From NCBI RefSeq assembly GCF_964355755.1, contig NC_092672.1:17125237-17189236 (forward strand): 64,000 nucleotides of DNA, in the 5' to 3' direction. The notes under the pieces are model-generated. The model was not told where the DNA came from and did no database searches. It saw nothing but the letters and a program-made list of their open reading frames with translations. Shown in pieces: positions 20,269-31,900 of this stretch. How positions within the stretch are numbered: the stretch's first letter is position 1; each line of letters opens with the position of its first letter. Source of the stretch: Antedon mediterranea (Eukaryota > Animalia > Echinodermata). Position numbers and translations under genes: made by a program.

Positions 20269-20465
20269 GGTGAACAAATATAAACTGACTGATTTTCTCT
20301 CTCTCTCTTAAGTAGTCGAAAGTGGCCATAGCAGCTGCAGTTGTCATTGTTTTCGTTTGTATACTGTTTGTGATGACGAAAGTTATGACAAAACGGTTGT
20401 GATCGATGACGAAAGTTATGACAAAACGGTTGTATTCGATGTATTAGTTCTGAAAAGAACTGTTG

Positions 20466-20516
20466 AGTTTCTCGACGTTTCGATCAATATGCTTTGATCG
20501 TCTTCAGGAGTGAGAA
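20466..20516 (-). ncRNA. Minimal hammerhead-ribozyme-like motif of the Penelope type
   Basis: Minus strand reads ctc-CTGAAGA-c-GATCAA agcata TTGATC-GAAAC-GTC-gag: conserved core, a 6-bp stem II and a short stem I. Confidence 0.6.
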
Positions 20517-20769
20517 TGCAGAAAGTCGAGGAAACTTGGAATATAAGTGGAAAGGGTGGGACTGGTGTGAAAGCCAGAAACAATGGCAAGTTCACACAAT
20601 GGGAGGGATTGAAACTGGCTGTTTCTCATGAACAATAGTGAAGTGTTTCTGATAGGTGTGAAAAGCAAGATGAGACAAGCTAAAAACAATAGCATTGTCT
20701 CAAAGTTGGGTGTAGACTGGCCAAAACATAGACCATGTGACAAAGTTCGTCTAAACCCGGTCACTGCTG

Positions 20770-21235
20770 ATATTATATGATAATTGTTTTATTCCTTTCC
20801 AATTTTTTCGAGAAAAGATGTATCCCATTTTCTCCATCACACTAAACAGCTCAATTGAATTCTCAAAAAAATTCTGCTGTTGGTAATTCGCCTTTTAGAA
20901 ACCGCTTTAAAATATTCATGTCACTCTCTCCCATTTCAGATGCAATATGAATTGTCATACGTCTGTGGGGTAAACGAGAAAGATTTTTTTTTTGTAAGGT
21001 GAGACGTAATCTGTTGTTGTTGCATACTGTTTTATTTTAGCAGCCATACACCCATGTCCTATCAACTCAAATAGTTCTATAAGCAATCCTAGCTTCTTTT
21101 TTTTTGTTACAACAAATCTCGTTTCTAAAGTCTGTAAAATATATCGTTTGCCTTTTTCATATTCTCCAATTCTCCACGATGTAGACCGATATCTGGACAT
21201 ACAAGAATCATTGCTGAACTTGAGCGGATGCAAAC
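20770..21235 (-). pseudogene. Degenerate second vFLIP/tandem-DED paralogue
   Basis: LETRFVVTKKKKLGLLIELFELIGHGCMAAKIKQY...VSPY, then acceptor cacag|A and RMTIHIASEMGESDMNILKRFLKG..NSIELFSVMEKMGYI; frameshifted and the donor is lost. Confidence 0.7.
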
Positions 21236-21264
21236 AGAGAAACGAAAAAAAAAAAAAAAGAAAT

Positions 21265-21588
21265 CAATGCTGCTGTTCTTAGTTTGGCAACAGATTTGGG
21301 AAAGACATGCGAATTGAATTGACTAAACACAATAACAGACTTGATAAAATAATTGGTCAATATCAAGAGACGTATGCGTCACTTGAACAATCTTATAATC
21401 TTCTAATACTCCCGATAATCCTGAATTAGTTTTTGATGATTATGCAGCTGTAGAAGACGGTAAGTAATTTGGATGAATTATTACAATGTCTTCGTTGTCT
21501 GAAAGAGTTTAATTTCATAGAACATGTTCAGTTAGTTGATCACTTAGATACATGTGATGTTGATGAATACAATAATCCTATCTTATAA
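21265..21588 (+). pseudogene. Remnant with a C-terminal CCHC zinc finger of the NEMO/ABIN2/CEP55 type
   Basis: 21469-21588 reads LDELLQCLRCLKEFNFIEHVQLVDHLDTCDVDEYNNPIL*; upstream helical fragments are frameshifted; orphan gtaagt donor near 21460. Confidence 0.5.
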
Positions 21589-21699
21589 AATCTGTGCTGT
21601 TTTTGTTTTTTGTTTTGTTTCTTGCTAACAATCATTAATCAATAATAAAAGAAATTAACAGAATCTATAGTACGATCTATTCGATAACAATAAAGTGCA

Positions 21700-22420
21700 T
21701 TTGGTAATCTAAACGGGTATGTATGCTTTTAATATAAACGACGGCGTGTTGTTCTCTAACACGATGTTCTCGATAAAGGGATAATGAATTGATAATAAAA
21801 TGTGTAATTTGTAAACTAAACAGTATACAGAATTAAAAGTGTATTCGAAGTTTTACTAAACGTAGAAGACGGCGTGTTTGTTCTCGATAAAGGGATAATG
21901 AATTAAACGCCGTGTAGTACTAATTGTAGTCCTGATAACGAAAGAAATAAGTATTGCGCCCTCTATTGACAGATAATATGACTGTATTATGATATTAAAC
22001 GTCGTGACAGAAAATATATACTGTATTTACTAACTTATAGTTGTTCTCTAACACGATGTATTCGATAATGAACCCTGATTAAAAAAACTAACAAAAGTGT
22101 ATTCGAAGTTATACTAAACGGTATATTAATAGAAGACAAAGTGTTTGTTATCGATTGAAGGGCCGGGATAATGAATTGATATTATTATAATTTAAACGGC
22201 TTGTATAGTATTTTGTAGTCCTGATAACAAATACAATAAGTAGTGCGCCCTCTATTGGCATATAATATACCTGCGTTACACGCCGCGTGACAGACAATAA
22301 CTATACTTTGTTTCTAAATGGGTATATTTTAGTTTTATTATAGAAGTTCTGTAACGCGATGTTGTCGATAAAGGGATAATGAATTGATAAAGGGCGGATA
22401 AAGGGATAATGAATTGATAA
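21700..22420. repeat. Degenerate AT-rich local repeats
   Basis: Recurrent cgataaagggataatgaatt, tgtagtcctgataac, gtgtattcgaagtt and gcgccctctattg. Confidence 0.75.
22245..22258 (-). promoter_or_regulatory. CTCF-like motif (second, weaker copy at about 21956-21969)
   Basis: CCAATAGAGGGCGC fits the CCANNAGRKGGCRS core consensus. Confidence 0.3.
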
Positions 22421-22953
22421 TATTGAGTGAGAAGTACCGTATAAGGAATGATCTAGAAGGTTATGAACATATTTTGTATAAGGGGATGTATGTTCTCTCT
22501 TGTGTGTAAACTGAATGCTTAAACATTGACGCACACTGTCATTGAGGTCGAAGTAATCGTTTGTATTATAGCATGCCAGACAATGATGCACGTTGTTATA
22601 TCGTTGGATTGAATGAATATGTTTTTTTTTTCTTTAAATAAATAATATGTCCAGTTTAAATATATATACTTTTTATTTCTCTCATTTTGTATGACCCGGT
22701 GTTTTAAACACGCATTGTGATTGATTTTTCTAAAACATTATCGAACGAACGTTATGCGTAACACCACATGTTGAATACTTTAACAATAAACGTGTACTGC
22801 CCTTGGTGAAGAAAGTCTTGAAGATGAGTTTTGCATAAATGTTTAATGTTCCAATGCATTATGTACATCGAACGAATACCCATTGAAAAGTTAAACAATC
22901 AAATGCTTTGACTTCTTACCGAAGTAAAAAAAGATTTTAATTGATTTACTCAT

Positions 22954-23017
22954 CATACAACATGCGACGAATGCACGACATGTTATGCCTCTTCATTTGA
23001 TTGCGTGCCCGGATCAG
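22954..23017 (-). repeat. Solo, inverted, diverged copy of the 43-56 kb array core
   Basis: atacaacatgcgacgaatgcacgacatgttatgcctctt..tgattgc is the reverse complement of gcaatcaataagaggcataacatgccgtgcattcgtcgcctgttgtat, with a few changes. Confidence 0.8.
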
Positions 23018-23372
23018 CCTAATCATGATCTAGAGTAGAAGTGAATTATGTTAACAGATTGTGTGCTCAAAATAATCCATTAATCAACATAATTATGCAA
23101 TTTTTTAATTGTTGTATTTTATATATGAAAATGATAATAAAATTGAAAGAAATTAAAGCGTAATCTTTATTCGTATTCATTGTTTAAGTGTGTACATAAT
23201 AACTAATGGTATCTTGAACTTTAAAGGCTGTTTTCTAATTGTTGATAATCTATTGAATTCGGAAGTAATCTATTGAATTTGGAAGTGCTTTGTTGAAATC
23301 GGGTCATATCTTAATTGTCTTGAAAGAAATTATAAAGCAAGTTAAATATTTTTTTGGAAAGTTTTAAAGAAT
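23017..23372 (+). repeat. Left arm of a ~350-bp dispersed inverted repeat
   Basis: Reverse complement of 36901-37327, for example gcctaatcatgatctagagtagaagtg versus cacttctactctagatcatgattaggc. Confidence 0.9.
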
Positions 23373-23851
23373 ACAGAATACATACAGAATACAGAAATTT
23401 ATTGGTCCAAAAGGAAATTCGTTTCGTTGTTAACAAGCTCTCAAACAATTAATTGAAAATATATAAAAAGTCATGAATACAAAAATACAAGATCTTATAA
23501 AAATACGAATAAACATCAAAAAGACAAGAATATAAAAGATATATATCGTAACATATAAGATGTATAAAAATATATATATATATATATTAACAGTATTATA
23601 TACAGATATTATATAGATTAATGTAGATTAATATTATTATAATAATACATTTTTTTTTTTTTTAAATTTCAACTCCTTTTGTAGGTGACACGACCCATAT
23701 GTACTTGAGTTTACAAACGTCGTAATTATTCAATTGATTGCTGCAATTCATTAAACATCTGAATGTAGCTTTAATTTGTAAGTGGTGTCATCATGCCAAT
23801 GTCAATAATGCAATTTTAAACATTTGGACGCACATAATATTATATACTCGT

Positions 23852-24829
23852 TTATGCCATCGACGAAGGCGACCACTTCTTCTTTCCTCCTAGATACATC
23901 AAAAACACTGTATCGTTCACGTTGTTTCTATCGAGATGTTTATAGTTGCGCATCACCGCTTCCAGTTCCTCGACTCGTTCGCTACGAATTGTAAGCAGAA
24001 TGCCGATAACGTGAGAAATAATCCAAGCTACGATGGTCGTCCACCACCAGCCGGTGAACGGTAACAGAAAGATGAACGCGTGCAAAGGAGCCACGTGAAA
24101 GAGAATTCCGGCAACGCCAACGCAAATTCGATGTTCGATCGAAATGTTTGGTGTCACAGCGGCGGGTACTACTATCGAACAGAAAACCACGATAATTCTC
24201 ACGGCCAGCTTAACTCTATGCAATCTTGATCGTGCGACGACGTACGAAGATGACGTCCATTCAAGGTAGATAGAGGCGAGCTGACACGTTAAAACTCTTC
24301 GCCAGTAAACTTCACGCTCGACTACGTTGCGAACAAAAACTTGTCCAGACAATCTGCCCGTGTATCCTAATTGTCGAACGTAAAACGCGTAGAAATTCTT
24401 TCCTCGTGTACCATCATCACCACCACCACCACCACCACCACCACTACTACCCATAATACGGTCGTAATGATGTTTTAGGTCACAGGCTATAACATCAGCC
24501 ATTCGTCTGGCTCCAAACAACCATTCCAAGACGATTAACGGCAAGAACGAGAGAGAAAACAACAGCGTTCCAACGACGCGCAACGTCACCATCAGACCGT
24601 CTGAACCGCTTCGTTGTTGAATGGTGCATTCTTGCTGACCGACCGAGTAGCGTTTGTGACAGCCGTACAACTGGTACCGTTCGACCGCGAACGTTTCGTA
24701 CAACAACAGAACGAATGCAGCAGACGCGATCAACGATACGCTGCCTCGTCGAGCATACTTTGACCGTATCACCCATACAGTGGACGCAGAAGTGATGCGT
24801 TGAATTGTACGTAGTCGGATAAGATTCAT
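23852..24829 (-). CDS. Multi-pass membrane protein, 325 aa
   Basis: Several hydrophobic helices; ATGA overlap with the upstream ORF. Confidence 0.65.
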   Translation of the reverse strand: MNLIRLRTIQRITSASTVWVIRSKYARRGSVSLIASAAFVLLLYETFAVERYQLYGCHKRYSVGQQECTIQQRSGSDGLMVTLRVVGTLLFSLSFLPLIVLEWLFGARRMADVIACDLKHHYDRIMGSSGGGGGGGGDDGTRGKNFYAFYVRQLGYTGRLSGQVFVRNVVEREVYWRRVLTCQLASIYLEWTSSSYVVARSRLHRVKLAVRIIVVFCSIVVPAAVTPNISIEHRICVGVAGILFHVAPLHAFIFLLPFTGWWWTTIVAWIISHVIGILLTIRSERVEELEAVMRNYKHLDRNNVNDTVFLMYLGGKKKWSPSSMA

Positions 24830-25317
24830 ATTGATCTAAACATCAAGTCTCCGTCTCTGTTATTTAATACTTTTTCCTCCACCGTGCCGTTGCTCGTAGC
24901 GTACGCAAACCTGTTGTTAACCGTTCTGAAGAGAGGAGATATGGGATACCTCGACAAAAGTGGTGGCTTTTTCGTTAACACTAGTGAACCGTATACAAAC
25001 CTTCCATCATCGTCGTAACACCGTACGTACACGTACTCTCCGACCACGCCACACAAACTACACTCGCCTTGGACGCTGCTGCACACAACCGATGCCAATA
25101 TAGAAAAAGTGTCGGTGACGTGCATGCTGCACGAAAGATTCGCGTTCGTGAGAGTGGCACTTAAACAGTCTCCGCTCAACTGTAATGTGTCGGTGGTTCG
25201 AGATTTTCCAAAATGACGTGTTTTCGGTAGCAGATCGGGCGTGTAAGCACAGAGTATGACGAGGAAAGTGACGGACGAGATTGCTACAAACGATGAAGAG
25301 AAAACTAAGGAAACCAT
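24826..25317 (-). CDS. N-terminally anchored or secreted Cys-containing protein, 163 aa
   Basis: Hydrophobic N-terminus; its stop overlaps the next start. Confidence 0.6.
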   Translation of the reverse strand: MVSLVFSSSFVAISSVTFLVILCAYTPDLLPKTRHFGKSRTTDTLQLSGDCLSATLTNANLSCSMHVTDTFSILASVVCSSVQGECSLCGVVGEYVYVRCYDDDGRFVYGSLVLTKKPPLLSRYPISPLFRTVNNRFAYATSNGTVEEKVLNNRDGDLMFRSI

Positions 25318-25421
25318 AACGTGTGTGTGTGTGTGTGTGTGCGCGCGTCGTCGTCGTCGTCGTCGTCAGAAGTCCTTAAATACGGCCGATTTTGTTTTTA
25401 TTCGCAACATCAGTGTTCATC

Positions 25422-27008
25422 ATGTCAGGGCAATTGCAATTACGATTCTCGTTGTCTGCCGAAGAAGTAGCTCTAGAAGAGTATCTAAACGATAAACTTT
25501 CTTTCGAAAAACTTTCTGCCGACTATCTGAGATGGGTTATGAACAAGGGAAAGAATTGGAAGTCGCCGTTGGATCCTCGAACATTGAATTGTACCGATGA
25601 GATGGTCATGGATTCCACTCTGTTTCCCGGATTCGAAAAGATCGAATGGAACGAGAGTAAGATACGTGACTTTGATACGTTTTTCGAAAACTTGAAAAAA
25701 ACGCCACTCTTTGTGAAAATTCTCTACTCGATGCTAGAGTGTGCCGCCAAGAAACACGAGTCTTTGGACGACAGTGGCAAAAGAGTGCTCGAATCGGTCG
25801 AGAAATGGGACTGCGGGCAAAAATTTGACGTTCTCTCAATCAAGTCGATACGTCTCGAAGCCGTCAAAAAGGAGCAATTGCGCTCGAAATTTAACATCAT
25901 GTTTGTTGATCGTGACGGCAACGAGAGCAAAACGATGAGCACCGGATCGCTCGCCATTACCGAATCTGGTCTGAGTGAACTGGGCAATTATCTCACGGCC
26001 GAACTGCTACAGAAGAAGATACAAGTCAACAAAGACAAACAGTTGAGAGAGGAGCAACTCGGCACCACCGACCTAAACAACGCAGCGTACGTGCTAACCG
26101 TGAACGGACATCAAAATCCGTTGAACGGATGTGTGCGATTCTGTAAACTGAACATTATACTCATGATGGTACAGTTGAAATATTGTTTCGAGGCGCATGT
26201 GAACTGCAAGTCACACGCCTCCTACAAAGATTGTCACAGCGTCGACAAAGTGGACGCGAAACGATGCATCACCAGCATCATGAAGAAATTCAGGGGTCAA
26301 CATGGATCGAAAGATGTGGCTAACAATGCAGGCGTGTATCAAAAAGTCAAGATGCCCTTTGATGGATCTCCAAAGAATCCATACGTGAAGATGAAGACGA
26401 ACGTAAGCTATAGACAAGCACGCGATTGCACGCGACAAGAGCTCGAAGACAACAATCCATCGTTAAAGTTCGTTTCCGACATGTCCAAGAAACTGTTTCT
26501 CGACAACGCCACAAACCGAAGATACAAGAACCTAAACGTGGCCAGATTCGTACCCGGTAAACAACTTCAGCCGATGAGTTCCGAACAGCGCTTGGCCATC
26601 GGTACTGGTGATCTGGCGCGTGCCGATCTGAGTATCGTATGCTATTCGGACAAAAATGCATCGCCTGCTAATCGATTTCTTACTCTCATCAACCTCGAGA
26701 AAGGAGTTGACATTACGCCAAGATATCTGTTTGGAAGCAAGATATCGCAAAACGACACGGCGTACCAAGAGTTTTATGCGCGTCAGAACGAAGACTGTCC
26801 CGAAACTATATTGGCCGTCGTAAAGGGCATAATCGGACGAGAAGCCGTTTCTGAAGAGCAGGCGTGTGAAATGTCCGGCTACACACTGGAAGAGTATCAT
26901 AGTGCGATCGAAGTAACTGAAACTCGTCGTCGTGATGCCATCAAGTTAGAAAAGGATGAGGATGAGGAGGAGGAGGAAGAGGAAGAGGAGGAGAAAAAAA
27001 AAAGATAA
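25422..27008 (+). CDS. Viral protein with an acidic C-terminal tail and NLS-like end; possible ssDNA-binding/OB-fold protein
   Basis: 528 aa from ATG 25422; beta-rich IGTGDLARADLSIVCY segment; ends EDEDEEEEEEEEEEKKKR. Function is a guess. Confidence 0.65.
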   Translation: MSGQLQLRFSLSAEEVALEEYLNDKLSFEKLSADYLRWVMNKGKNWKSPLDPRTLNCTDEMVMDSTLFPGFEKIEWNESKIRDFDTFFENLKKTPLFVKILYSMLECAAKKHESLDDSGKRVLESVEKWDCGQKFDVLSIKSIRLEAVKKEQLRSKFNIMFVDRDGNESKTMSTGSLAITESGLSELGNYLTAELLQKKIQVNKDKQLREEQLGTTDLNNAAYVLTVNGHQNPLNGCVRFCKLNIILMMVQLKYCFEAHVNCKSHASYKDCHSVDKVDAKRCITSIMKKFRGQHGSKDVANNAGVYQKVKMPFDGSPKNPYVKMKTNVSYRQARDCTRQELEDNNPSLKFVSDMSKKLFLDNATNRRYKNLNVARFVPGKQLQPMSSEQRLAIGTGDLARADLSIVCYSDKNASPANRFLTLINLEKGVDITPRYLFGSKISQNDTAYQEFYARQNEDCPETILAVVKGIIGREAVSEEQACEMSGYTLEEYHSAIEVTETRRRDAIKLEKDEDEEEEEEEEEEKKKR

Positions 27009-27318
27009 GGAAGCGGAAGATGCTGCTTCTGCTGTTGTTCCTAATGAACCAAAAAAGAGAAAGAAAAGCATTCACAACGTAGACAGTAAACGTCAGAAGA
27101 AATGTTAAACTTACCACCAACAACAAAAAAAACCATTTAGAATAAGAAAATGTTTACAAATAAGGTTCTTGGAAATGAAATAAAGTTACACTACAATCAT
27201 TTCTTTCGTCGTCGTTGTTTATGTGACTGAAATTAAGACACACAAAAAAAAAACTGTTTCTTCTTTTCTCTCTTTTATTTCTATAATACTAATGATTAAA
27301 ATACATATTTTTTTTTTT

Positions 27319-27988
27319 TTACACGATGGCAGTTTCTGCCAACACATCATCGTAAGAAGGCGGAGCCGTCGATGTAAGTTCGATAGACTGTGGTTCACTT
27401 AAATCATTAGAAATATTTTTACATAGACGGACGGCTGACAGTACAGACGATGTATTGTACACGACTATCAAAATGAGCAGTGTACAGAAAATTACGTAAC
27501 CTTCTGTGGAAAGTTCAGTGAACGTGTTTCGGTGCCTATGTAAAACCAGAGAAAAAAAGCAGAGTATTGGAAACATCAAATTAAAGAGTAAAGTAAGTAC
27601 TGTATGTATGCAGACGGTCACTTGATATTGTGTCTTTCTCGGCCTCTCACGTTTCCAATACACTTCCATCAAGTGTAGCAGTCGAAGCGTAGCCTTGTTA
27701 CCTTGAGATGTTAAAAATAGTATACTCATCGAATAATCCTTTTTCATACCGACTGATATGAATAATGAAAAAATGGCCGTAAAATAAAAGTGTAATTGAC
27801 CTATTCTTCGTCTAGAGCCGAACATAAAAGTCTCCACAAACATAAAGGAAAACATTCCTGTTGCAATAGCAAATGTAACGTATACTTCTTGTTCACTACT
27901 CGTCAATTGATCGTACATCACACCCGATTTCATGCTCAATGCAACAGCGGTCAATGGCAACGTTAAGCTTACGCACATCTGAATGCAC
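27319..27988 (-). CDS. Multi-pass membrane protein (TLC-domain-like) with a C-terminal PPxY motif; possibly the last exon of a spliced gene
   Basis: About five TM helices; STAPPSYDDV; strong acceptor ctattttag| just upstream of the ATG. No upstream exon found. Confidence 0.55.
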
Positions 27989-28901
27989 CTAAAATAGACG
28001 AGAATTATACACGTTAGTCGATCACTATAATAATAAAAAAAATGTGGCAGCAGTTTTTGTCCAAAGTTTTACTGTAAATTCAATTTTGTATATTATGCCC
28101 CTCTTATGTAATAAACTGTTATAAAGCATGCTTTTTATGGCGAAATGCTTTATTTTAAAGAACCAATAGTTGCAACGGTGGTTTCGAATAATAGTAACTA
28201 TGGACATAAAGTGTGTTTTCAACGCGCTTTTATTTTTTACGCTAACCAAAGCCTTTGTTGTTAAGGTTTTGCACGCTTGACTGAACGCGAGAGCCCAGCG
28301 AACATCGCAGAGATAGCGATAATTACTAAGCTAGTAAATTAAACGTTACAATCATAATATAAAATATTAACAACAAATAATAATATTTACAAGTAAATAT
28401 ATTAGTTTTACAACAAGCAATGAAGTAATACTTCAAATTATGCAATATTAATTCAGTTATTAGTAAAAATAGTACGACTGTTTTAACGACCGCCGTACTC
28501 GATAGAATTGTAAATAAATAGCGCCCTCAATAAAAAGCGCAAAGTACAGTAGTAGTCACTTCACCGAAAAACTGACTGTTCAACGATCATTTTCAATATT
28601 TATTCTTTCACCGTTTAAGTTTTCGTTTTGACGTAAAAAACTGGTTAGAGGCTCTACACACCTGGTAAATAAGACTACTTTTTTTTAAACTCTAATGACA
28701 ATTGATGTGGGTATTTTGGCATATTAAGATGCCTAGCCAGAGAGAGAGAGAAACACTGAACTATACCTGTACTGTTCATAAAACTTTATTTACATTATCA
28801 TTTTACTGTATTTCATTGTATTATTTGTGTTGTGTAAATAAATTGCTGATTACAAAAATTACATAATTAATTAGGCCTAGGGCCTACAAATAATACTAAT
28901 T

Positions 28902-31900
28902 ATGGATTTCCATTCTGAATCTTTATTAAATATTTGTAGAATTTGTGGAATAAAATTCAAAATTTCTGACTGAAAATATGAACTTAAAAGCATCAAAACA
29001 CAAACTTTAAATTTTCTAAACATTAAAATTGTTGAAGAAGATAAAAATGTTCATCCATCATATGTTTGTCATACTTGTCAATCAGCTGCATACAAACAAA
29101 CGACATTAATTACACCTTACATCTGGAGACAACATGATGATTTACAGTGCACAGCTTGTTATCTTTATGAAAATCAACAGAAACAAGGTCACAGGATAAA
29201 ATTCAATAAAAAAACTTTCATGCAAGATTTAAAATTCAATTCATTAACTGAGCAATTCACCCTTTATGACCAATCAGCACTGTCTTTGTTTCAATGTTCT
29301 ATTTGTAAACATATTCTGTCGCTTGATAATGCAGAAACTCAGTGTTCCCACCATTTTTGTATGTACTGTCTCTGTCAATTGTTCTGTACTCTTCGACTAC
29401 ATACATTCCCCATGTTTTGCCTGTGCGTCACCGATAACATTTGAACGTGACATGAAAAAAACCATCATTACTGGTACAACAATCTTTGCAAACGGTTGAA
29501 TTGCAATGTCGGTTGTGTGGGAAATGTCTGAAGTATAACTAGTGCAGTCAGCATAAATGCACAACAGAGGCTGAGCAACGGTATAATGCTGTAACCAATG
29601 CAATTAAGACCATAAACAAAGAAATTGTTGGCGAGAAGATACCCGAACCTGTCCAGCAATTTGCAAGGAAGTTGGTATCCAAATCACTAAAAAAAAAAAA
29701 AAAAATTGAGTTACCAACAAATAGAAGGGTGAGTTATTTTTTTTTAGAAAGCCAACATTTTTCACAAAACCACTGTACCAAAGTACAGAGATTTTATTGA
29801 ATAATGGGCAAATCAAATGAACCTAAAAATTATATATAATAGTATATATATTTTAGACATATTTTTAAAAACTGACTATCAATGCAGGGTGTTTTGTTAC
29901 CGAATTTATTGGAATAAACTACCCTACCACACAATATTGTATTAAAACACATTCCCTGAACATGAATAAATAAGGTATTAAACTTTGACAATAAATCTTG
30001 TAAATATAAAACATATAAGAATGTTTTACTTACAGCCAATGACAATTACTACTATGACAAAAAGCTACAAAATCCAGCAGTTGTGTTGGCAAAAGAACCC
30101 TCAGTTGACGCACCCATGAATTATCAACCATACGAAATTCAATATCGCATGATTCAGCTCAACTTCAATTTAATCATAAAATGCAATCTAACTTGCCACC
30201 AATTGGTATCATTGATGATGTTGACAGGTCACTGGCCATCAAAGCTGACTGCGATCTTACTTGGCAACAAATTCTGAAACTAAGAAGGCAAGTATGAAAA
30301 TTAAGAAAATAGTGGTGCATAAAATAATATATCAACATTTTAATTAGCTGTATTTTAAAATGTCATTTTACAATTGTTATTCTAAATTCTATTCAAGATA
30401 TGTGAAACCAGGTGTTATAGCATCAGAAGGCAAAATGCGAGATCACCAATTGGATATTGTAGATGGATACTTACATGGTTCCATGGATGAATTCATCTTA
30501 AAAAGCGATGCAGCAAATGCTGAGAATGCATTTGTAATATTTTCTGGCCCCTGTTTTGCCAGTGATTAATATTGAGAGGTTGATGTTTTCCTACTTGGAC
30601 CACCATCATGAGTAAATAACATGCTTATTTTACATTTTGTAACTCCAAATTTATGCAAACAATAAAATACAATATTGTATATTTCACTTACAGATTAAAC
30701 AATCTAAAGTTCTACAACAAAGAAGTATGGATCAAATTTTTGGAGGTGACAAAGGAGGTGGCAGTAGGAAATTTGAACTGCAAATTTGCAGTCTAGAGAA
30801 ACCAAATGCCCTTCGCAACATTATTGTTATTCTAATGTTTGAGTCAGCAGATTATACCATCAACATCAGCAGGGTATTTCCGGATGTATGCGAAGAAACT
30901 GAATGGAGGTATGTCTTCAACATTAAAATCATTTTAATTTTTAAAAAACAATCTTTTTTTGTGTGCTGTATTAATTTTAATTTTTTTTTTCCTTTAAGGG
31001 GCCACAAAATTCGTCTCTTTTTCTTTGGAGACTAGGAGTTTTTGTCAGGGATGTATGGCCTCAATGGACCAAATGGTAAGACACAGTATCTTATTTAATA
31101 TGCATTTAATGTGAATTATAATTTATTGTATACAAACCTTAATTGTTATTTCAAATCTTTCATTAGGAAGGTACTGCAGTCTCTTTTGCCATCATACCAA
31201 ACATCAGATATGCAGAGGTGATGTTCCAAAAGACCACAGGTCTATTATAAAGACATTGAATGAAGACTATCAATTATTTGAAGATCATGGAATGGTAAAC
31301 TCCAAGGAGGTATACAGGAGTGTAATCAGAAAAACAATGGTGCCTATTGACATCAACCATGTAGGAAATATCGCACTTATCAATTGTGTGACTTACCATA
31401 TGACCCCCGGTAGAAGTGCATCATTTGTCCAATGTGCATCCTTTAGGTGACCATGACACACATTATGGAGAATGATAAAATGAAACACCATTGTTCATTG
31501 ATGTCTACTATCATCCTTTCTACTACAACACCATGATGATGCTGCTCACCAATTTGTATCATAATACAGTCCGACACTTGTACAAGTACTGAAATAATAA
31601 AGTAATAGTACTAATATAAAATCTTGAGGTTACATTTGAAAATGTGTTATTATTGCAGGTATCTGTACCAAGCCTCCATATTTCTTTAGGAGTGTTTAAG
31701 AAATTATATGACCTGTTAGAAAATGAAATGCACACATTGGATTCAGAGATCTTCAGGTTAAGGCAAAAAAAATTCCGATGGAGGTGTCAATAATTTCGAC
31801 AAAATTACTGTAGAGCAGGCTGCAACAAATTCAGCATTGATGAAGCACATCTCAGATATGCAAGCACAAATTTCCCACCTAGAAGATGAAATTCCGCTTG

